A stretch of 64,000 nucleotides of DNA from positions 9,660 through 73,659 of the forward strand of contig JAQUWE010000004.1 of assembly GCA_028693035.1 (NCBI GenBank). The letters are read 5' to 3'. Source of the stretch: Bacilli bacterium. GTDB lineage: Bacteria > Bacillota_I > Bacilli_A > RF39 > UBA660. A program made the translations under genes and the position numbers. This document shows positions 58,194 through 64,000 of the stretch, in pieces. Below the pieces are notes generated by a model. That model ran no database searches, had not been told where the DNA came from, and saw nothing but the letters and a program-made list of their open reading frames with translations. Positions within the stretch are counted from its first letter, which is position 1; every line of letters starts with the position of its first letter.

Positions 58194-60311
58194 CTAGTGT
58201 TCCTTTAAGCAAAATGTTTCATCGCCAATATCGATTGTAAGATTTTCACCAAATGCAAGATTTCCATTGATAATATTTTCTGCAAGTAAAGTTTCAATAT
58301 GACGGGATACATATCTTTTAATAGGACGTGCACCATACCTTTCATCAAAAGCATTTTCAATGATAAATTCTCTTGCTTCTTTTGTAAGCGTAATTTTTAT
58401 TTTTTTATCTGACAAGCGCTTTTCTATATCTTGTATAATTTTGTCAAGAATACTGTAAATCACTTCTTTTGATAAAGAATGGAAAACAATGATTTCATCA
58501 ATACGATTGATAAATTCTGGTTTGAATGTATGTTTAAGTTCTTCCATTACCAAACCATGGGCACCTTCTTTATTTTCTAGGATATATTCACTTCCTAAAT
58601 TAGATGTCATAATAATAATGGTATTTTTAAAATCTACTGTTCTTCCTTGCGAATCTGTAATACGACCATCATCTAAAATTTGTAATAAAATATTAAAAAC
58701 ATCTTTATGTGCTTTTTCAATTTCATCAAATAAAACAATACTGTAGGGATTTCTTCTTACGGCTTCTGTTAATTGTCCACCTTCATCATAGCCTACATAC
58801 CCTGGAGGAGAACCTACCAATCTAGACACACTATGGGATTCCATATATTCACTCATATCAATACGAATCATGTGTCTTTCGTCATCAAATAATTCATAAG
58901 CAAGAGAACGCGCTACTTCGGTTTTACCAACTCCAGTTGGTCCTAGAAAGATAAAGGAACCGATTGGTTTGTTAGGGTCTTTAATACCTGCTCTACTTCT
59001 CATAATGGCTTCACTGACAAGTTTTAAAGCTTCCTTTTGACCTTTTACTCTTTTCTCTAAATTGTCCTCTAGATGAAGCAGTTTTTCTTTTTCTGTTCCT
59101 ACCAATTTACTTACAGGAACATGGGTCCATTTTGAAACAATTTCCGCAATGGATTCTTCATCGACTGTATCACTTAAAAGGGTGGATACATTTTCTTTTT
59201 GTAGAAGAGAGAGTTCACTTTCTAATTTTGGTAAAATACCATGTCTAATTTTAGCAGCTACATCTAAATTATAATCTGCTTCTGCTTGTTCTAATTTAAA
59301 ACGATTGTTTTCTATTTCTTCCTTTTTCTTATTGATTGTATCGTTGATTCCTTTTTCCTGTTCCCAGTCCTTACGGAATGCTGATTCTTTTTGTTTCATG
59401 GTTTCTAATTTTTGATTGATTTCTTCTAATCGTTTTTTAGAAAGCTCATCCTTTTCTTTACGAAGTGCTTGTTTTTCTATTTCAAGTCTCATAATGTCTC
59501 TTGATAAAGTATCCAATTGGGTGGGCACAGAGTCCATTTGAACTTTTATTGTAGCGCATGCTTCATCTACTAAATCAATGGCTTTATCTGGTAAAAAGCG
59601 GTCTGTAATATATCGGTCTGACAAAGTAGCTGCCGCAACTAATGCTCTATCTTTAATACTTACGCCATGGTATACTTCAAAACGTTGTTTAAGTCCACGC
59701 AAAATGGTAATGGTATCTAGGACATTGGGTTCACTAACTTGTACCTTTTGAAATCTACGTTCAAGAGCTCCATCTTTTTCAATATATTTTCTATATTCAT
59801 TTAAAGTGGTTGCACCTATTACATGAATTTCACCACGGGCTAGCATAGGCTTTAACATATTTCCTGCATCCATGGCACCCTCTAAAGCACCGGCTCCTAC
59901 AATCATGTGGATTTCATCAATAAACATGATAATATTGCCATCACTTTCTTTGACTTCTTTTAATACGGCTTTTAGACGTTCTTCAAATTCTCCACGGTAT
60001 TTAGCGCCCGCAATCAAAGAACCCATATCAAGTTCCCAAATGGTTTTTCCTTTTAAGGAATTTGGGACATCTCCTTTGACAATACGAGAAGCAAGTCCTT
60101 CTACTATAGCGGTTTTACCAACACCTGGTTCTCCAATTAAAACCGGATTGTTTTTTGTTTTTCTAGATAAAATACGCGTTATATTACGAATTTCATCATC
60201 ACGGCCAATAACAGGATCCACCTTTCCATCTTTTACACTTTGGACGATATTCCTTCCATATTTTTCTAAAACATTTTGTAAATTTTCTTCATAAGGATTT
60301 TGTCCATTCAT
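58194..60311 (-). CDS. clpB: ATP-dependent chaperone ClpB lacking the canonical N-terminal domain
   Basis: Starts just before [28 protein letters not shown]. It has two AAA+ modules ([18 protein letters not shown]) and a coiled-coil middle domain. AAAGGAGG lies 7 nt upstream of the ATG at 60311, giving about 705 aa. Confidence 0.9.
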   Translation of the reverse strand: MNGQNPYEENLQNVLEKYGRNIVQSVKDGKVDPVIGRDDEIRNITRILSRKTKNNPVLIGEPGVGKTAIVEGLASRIVKGDVPNSLKGKTIWELDMGSLIAGAKYRGEFEERLKAVLKEVKESDGNIIMFIDEIHMIVGAGALEGAMDAGNMLKPMLARGEIHVIGATTLNEYRKYIEKDGALERRFQKVQVSEPNVLDTITILRGLKQRFEVYHGVSIKDRALVAAATLSDRYITDRFLPDKAIDLVDEACATIKVQMDSVPTQLDTLSRDIMRLEIEKQALRKEKDELSKKRLEEINQKLETMKQKESAFRKDWEQEKGINDTINKKKEEIENNRFKLEQAEADYNLDVAAKIRHGILPKLESELSLLQKENVSTLLSDTVDEESIAEIVSKWTHVPVSKLVGTEKEKLLHLEDNLEKRVKGQKEALKLVSEAIMRSRAGIKDPNKPIGSFIFLGPTGVGKTEVARSLAYELFDDERHMIRIDMSEYMESHSVSRLVGSPPGYVGYDEGGQLTEAVRRNPYSIVLFDEIEKAHKDVFNILLQILDDGRITDSQGRTVDFKNTIIIMTSNLGSEYILENKEGAHGLVMEELKHTFKPEFINRIDEIIVFHSLSKEVIYSILDKIIQDIEKRLSDKKIKITLTKEAREFIIENAFDERYGARPIKRYVSRHIETLLAENIINGNLAFGENLTIDIGDETFCLKEH

Positions 60312-60391
60312 AAACATGCCTCCTTTAATTATATTATATGTTGGTCTTTTTCTACCAAACACATACAGTATAACGCAAAAACTAGCACTTG

Positions 60392-61243
60392 TCAATAACG
60401 AGTGCTAGTTTGTTTCTTTTGAAATTTCTTTTGCATCATTTCTAATGTACCTCTTTGTGACACAATTTTATTTTGCAAATAATATAATTGATCATCTATC
60501 ATATTCAAAACATAATTAAACCACTTATTCCATGATTCAACAGTAGTATTACAATTTTTTAAATCAATATCGTTTTGATATTGATAATAGTTGCCCCTAG
60601 TTAATCTATAATTATTCGATAAATTCAATATTGGATATTGAAATGAAATACGCAACCTGTTGCTATATAGTTCTGTCATTTTTTGTTCTTGCAAAATACG
60701 AGAAATTCTTCCATTACCATCATTAAATGGATGGATATTTGAAAAAAGGACATGAATTATGGCTCCTTTTATAAATGGGTGTTGAAAGTCTTTCCTATTA
60801 TAAAAGTCAACAAATTCTTTCATATATTCTTCGATTTGTTTTTCCTCTATTGCAACAAATCTTGCGCTGTCAATCGTACATCCTGGTTTACCAATCCAAG
60901 CTGGCGAATTTCTATATTGTCCGGCTTTGACTTTATATTTATAATTTTCATCAATAATTATTTTTTGAAGTCCCATCAACATCTTTTCATCAATTTCTGT
61001 TTTTTTTGAAAAAACATTTTCATAATAATATAATAATTCAGCAGGATACGAAGCCTTTTCTAAATTTCCACTATCCACCATTCTTCTAAAATAACAATCT
61101 AATAAAAACAAATTCATTGTAGTATTTCCATACTTCAGAATACTATTTATATAGTTTAAACATTCTTTTTCTGTATCCACTAAATGTTCTTGCACAAAAT
61201 TTGTTAAAGGAATGGCATCAATGTATTTTGGTAACTTACTCAT
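60392..61243 (-). CDS. Fic family protein (AMPylase-type motif)
   Basis: [12 protein letters not shown] matches HxFx(D/E)GNGRxxR. AAGGAGA lies upstream of the ATG. Confidence 0.85.
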   Translation of the reverse strand: MSKLPKYIDAIPLTNFVQEHLVDTEKECLNYINSILKYGNTTMNLFLLDCYFRRMVDSGNLEKASYPAELLYYYENVFSKKTEIDEKMLMGLQKIIIDENYKYKVKAGQYRNSPAWIGKPGCTIDSARFVAIEEKQIEEYMKEFVDFYNRKDFQHPFIKGAIIHVLFSNIHPFNDGNGRISRILQEQKMTELYSNRLRISFQYPILNLSNNYRLTRGNYYQYQNDIDLKNCNTTVESWNKWFNYVLNMIDDQLYYLQNKIVSQRGTLEMMQKKFQKKQTSTRY

Positions 61244-61311
61244 ACAAATCTCTCCTTAAAATATTATTTTATAGAGTATAATAACAAACTTACAACTAAA
61301 ACGCAAATCTT

Positions 61312-61830
61312 TTATACATTTACTTCATTTACTTCATTTACAAAATCTATAATTTGTTCCAAATGATCAATAACTGGGTATTCTTTGCCTTTTTCTTTAA
61401 GAGCAAATTTGACACCTATACCACCAGCTTCGATCCATTTTTTCAAATTGCCACTATAATCATCTATTAATATAGCATTCTTGGCATTGACCATCTTTGT
61501 TTTATCAATACTTTTGGGAACAGTAATAATTGTAATTTCATGAAGCTTTTTGCGTATAAAATTTATTTTAGCTTCTGCTTCTCCTAAACTGGTCACATGG
61601 GTTAAAATATTAACATTGAAATACCCACTATCTACAATACAATTTATTTCTTTATAAGCATCGTGAATTTCATCTGCTTCTTCTAAAAATTCTTTCCAAT
61701 CTAAATTTTTATAAAAATTAACGACTTTACTATAGTCCTTGCCGTCAATTCCAATTTCTTGCATCATTTGATAAGAACTTGTAATGGTATCCATAATTAC
61801 ACCATCAAAATCAATATATAAATTTTTCAT
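61312..61830 (-). CDS. HAD-superfamily hydrolase, 5'(3')-deoxyribonucleotidase-like (tentative)
   Basis: N-terminal YIDFDGVIMDT (DxDG motif I), 172 aa. Confidence 0.6.
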   Translation of the reverse strand: MKNLYIDFDGVIMDTITSSYQMMQEIGIDGKDYSKVVNFYKNLDWKEFLEEADEIHDAYKEINCIVDSGYFNVNILTHVTSLGEAEAKINFIRKKLHEITIITVPKSIDKTKMVNAKNAILIDDYSGNLKKWIEAGGIGVKFALKEKGKEYPVIDHLEQIIDFVNEVNEVNV

Positions 61831-61894
61831 AAAACACCTCTTCTATATTATAATTCGTACATCAGTTCGTGTCAATGTATAAAAAAAAAGAATC

Positions 61895-62104
61895 TTATTC
61901 AGCAGAATCTTTTTTAATAACTTCTTTTCCTTTATAGAATCCACAAGCAGCACATACTCTATGTGGTCTTACTTCAGCACCACATTTTGGACATTTAACA
62001 GTTGCGTTTTCAGAAATCTTGTAATGAGTTCTTCTTTTTCTTCCTCTTGTTTTACTTACTTTTCTAAATGGAACAGCAAACAATTGGATATTTAAATGCA
62101 TCAT
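61895..62104 (-). CDS. rpmF: 50S ribosomal protein L32
   Basis: [18 protein letters not shown]...CPKCG...[20 protein letters not shown] lies 5 nt upstream of the ATG. Confidence 0.9.
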   Translation of the reverse strand: MMHLNIQLFAVPFRKVSKTRGRKRRTHYKISENATVKCPKCGAEVRPHRVCAACGFYKGKEVIKKDSAE

Positions 62105-62121
62105 ATCTACACCTCTTTTCG

Positions 62122-62607
62122 TTATAACAAATTTTTTAATTTCTCGAATTCCGGATTTATAATTTCCTTTTCTTCTTCATCGGTTAAAAGTTTCCATCCG
62201 TCTCCCTCTAAATGAACAGAAGCAGCGTTTTCACTTACAACACGCATGGGAATTTCCACTAATATATTTTCCCATATAATTGGTAAAATATCAAGGGTAT
62301 TTTCCACATTTTTAATATTTTCATCAATTTCTTCGAATAAATTCAATAATAAATCTTCTTTTTCGATTTCAAAAGGAACATTTACTTCTTCTAAAGTAAC
62401 AGCGCAAGGTAAAACCATTACACTCTCTACATGAAGTTTTAAAACAATTTCATCCATAGCGTCCTTGTAAATAGATCCTTCTACATGAACAGGATTCATC
62501 TTTAAAACGCCTACTTCTTTATAAAGACTTTCCTCTATAGTAAGATATTCATCAAAGACAAGTTTTTTTACAATTCCGTTTCGTAATCTGATTAAATCAA
62601 TTATCAA
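62122..62607 (-). CDS. YceD/DUF177 family protein (23S rRNA accumulation protein)
   Basis: Sits in the conserved position immediately upstream of rpmF. Acidic protein of about 160 aa. GGTGGTGA plus 5 nt precedes the TTG at 62607. Confidence 0.7.
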   Translation of the reverse strand: MIIDLIRLRNGIVKKLVFDEYLTIEESLYKEVGVLKMNPVHVEGSIYKDAMDEIVLKLHVESVMVLPCAVTLEEVNVPFEIEKEDLLLNLFEEIDENIKNVENTLDILPIIWENILVEIPMRVVSENAASVHLEGDGWKLLTDEEEKEIINPEFEKLKNLL

Positions 62608-62715
62608 TTTTATCACCACCAAGCCTTCTCATTATACTAAAGTTTCCTTAAAAAAGCAAATCATTTATGACAAGTTCTTAAAAGTGTGGTAAGATAAAGA
62701 AACTGAGGTGATAAA

Positions 62716-63897
62716 GTGAAAGCAACAGGTATTATTTGTGAATATAACCCCTTCCATAATGGACACTTCTATCATTTACAAAAAGTGAAAGAAATGTTTA
62801 AAGAGGATGTCATTGTTTTAGTGATGACTGGGCATTTTAGCCAAAGAGGAGAACCAAGTATTATCAATAAATGGGATAAAACCAAAATAGCGCTTACTGC
62901 TGGCGTTGATTTAGTCGTCGAACTTCCCTTTGTATTTGGTAGCCAAAGTGCGGATATTTTTGCGAAAGGCAGTATTGATTTACTAGATGCACTTCATGTT
63001 TCACATATTGTATTTGGAACAGAAAGCAATCATATAGAAGCACTGGAAGAAATGGCAGACATCCAGTTAACAAGTACAGAATATCAAAACAAAGTAAAAG
63101 AATTATTAGAAGAAGGCAATAACTATCCAACGGCAATGGCAAAAGCCTTACAAAAATTTTGTAAGGAACCCATCCGTACACCTAATGATTTACTAGGACT
63201 TAGCTATATCAAAAGAATCAAAGAAATTAAAAGTCTAATAAAACCTATTTCTATTCAAAGAATGAATGATTATCATGACTTGGAATTAAAAAGCAAAATG
63301 AGTAGCGCTAGTGCGATCAGAAAAGGTTTACAAGAAGGAAAAGATATCTCTTCCTTTGTTCCTTCCTTTACACTTCCCTTTTTAACAAGACCTGTCTTTC
63401 AAGAAGATTATTTTTCTTTATTAAAATACAAAATATTGACAGAAGTAAATACACTTGAAAAATACCAAACCGTTGATGAAGGACTCCCTAGTCGTATCCA
63501 AAAAAATATTATAAAAAGTCCTTCTTTTGATACCTTTATTCAAAATATAAAAACCAAAAGATATACCTATAATAAACTTTCTAGAATGTCTAGCCATATC
63601 CTATGTAATTTTACAAAAGAAGAAGCTCATTTATGCAAAGAAATAGAATATATTAGAATATTAGGTTTTACAGAAAAAGGAAAAAAATATTTACATAAAA
63701 TAAAAAAGGAAGTAGAACTTCCTCTTGTTACAAAGTTTGGGGATACCAAAAGCAAACAATTGGAAATAGAACAAAGAGTAACTTCCGTATATGCAAGTGT
63801 TTTACCTGAAAAAGGAAAACAAAAATTAATAGAAAAAGAATACAAACAGTCTCCTATTTTTATAGAAGAAAAGAAAAACCCTATAGCAAATATATAG
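62716..63897 (+). CDS. tmcAL: tRNA(Met) cytidine acetate ligase TmcAL (YlbM/UPF0348 nucleotidyltransferase)
   Basis: (M)KATGIICEYNPFHNGHFYHL is the family's signature N-terminus. GAGGTGA lies upstream of the GTG. Confidence 0.85.
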   Translation: MKATGIICEYNPFHNGHFYHLQKVKEMFKEDVIVLVMTGHFSQRGEPSIINKWDKTKIALTAGVDLVVELPFVFGSQSADIFAKGSIDLLDALHVSHIVFGTESNHIEALEEMADIQLTSTEYQNKVKELLEEGNNYPTAMAKALQKFCKEPIRTPNDLLGLSYIKRIKEIKSLIKPISIQRMNDYHDLELKSKMSSASAIRKGLQEGKDISSFVPSFTLPFLTRPVFQEDYFSLLKYKILTEVNTLEKYQTVDEGLPSRIQKNIIKSPSFDTFIQNIKTKRYTYNKLSRMSSHILCNFTKEEAHLCKEIEYIRILGFTEKGKKYLHKIKKEVELPLVTKFGDTKSKQLEIEQRVTSVYASVLPEKGKQKLIEKEYKQSPIFIEEKKNPIANI

Positions 63898-64000
63898 AGT
63901 TTTTTTTCTTATCAAAACATAAAAAAAAGAAGAATTAAATTTCTTCTATTTTCATGAAGTTTGTAGTTTTTACTGCTGTATTATTTGGGAATCCTCCTGT

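Noticed and set aside
63898-64000. Hairpin agaagaa/ttcttct near the right edge, and a possible gene entering from the right
   Set aside because: No ORF is long enough inside the window to support a call, and the hairpin cannot be assigned to either strand.

Overview
Chromosomal window from an AT-rich Gram-positive bacterium (Bacillota). It is probably a spore former, given SpoVS and a CotD-like protein; an Erysipelotrichia/Clostridia-like origin is only a guess. I count about 60 CDS, mostly on the minus strand, plus one tRNA. No rRNA, CRISPR array, transposase or integrase was seen. Core blocks, left to right: BceAB-type ABC exporter (5' partial); LtaS; a CIRCE-controlled heat-shock operon hrcA-grpE-dnaK-pepF-dnaJ; a pilin-like/tail-fibre-like chimeric gene; mraY with two murE paralogs flanking an APH-family kinase; fmt-priA; rpoZ; pdp; csp; a short ssb; sufU-orf-sufB; an M29 aminopeptidase; spoVS; tRNA-Gly(UCC). 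Downstream of the tRNA lies a very AT-rich accessory stretch (about 30.2-38.8 kb). It holds a flippase-like membrane protein, an MBL-fold hydrolase, an ASCH protein, a SpoT-type HD domain fused to a P-loop kinase, a protein resembling phage thymidine-hypermodification enzymes, a GC-rich collagen-like (GPT)n protein, and a GH25-LysM lysin. After it come an MGMT-like protein, frr, two tandem VanY-like peptidases, and a 13 kb ABC-transporter-dependent glycopolymer locus (GT39, three two-domain glycosyltransferases, GT2/GT4 enzymes, TagGH-like exporter). The window ends with ffh, a 45-aa-repeat protein, an N-domain-less ClpB, a Fic protein, rpmF/yceD and tmcAL. The candidates I rank highest for novelty are the HD-kinase plus hypermodification-like pair with ASCH in the tRNA-adjacent island, the pilin/tail-fibre chimera, and the duplicated murE with a divergent specificity motif. 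All homology calls come from motif recognition by eye. No database search was run.
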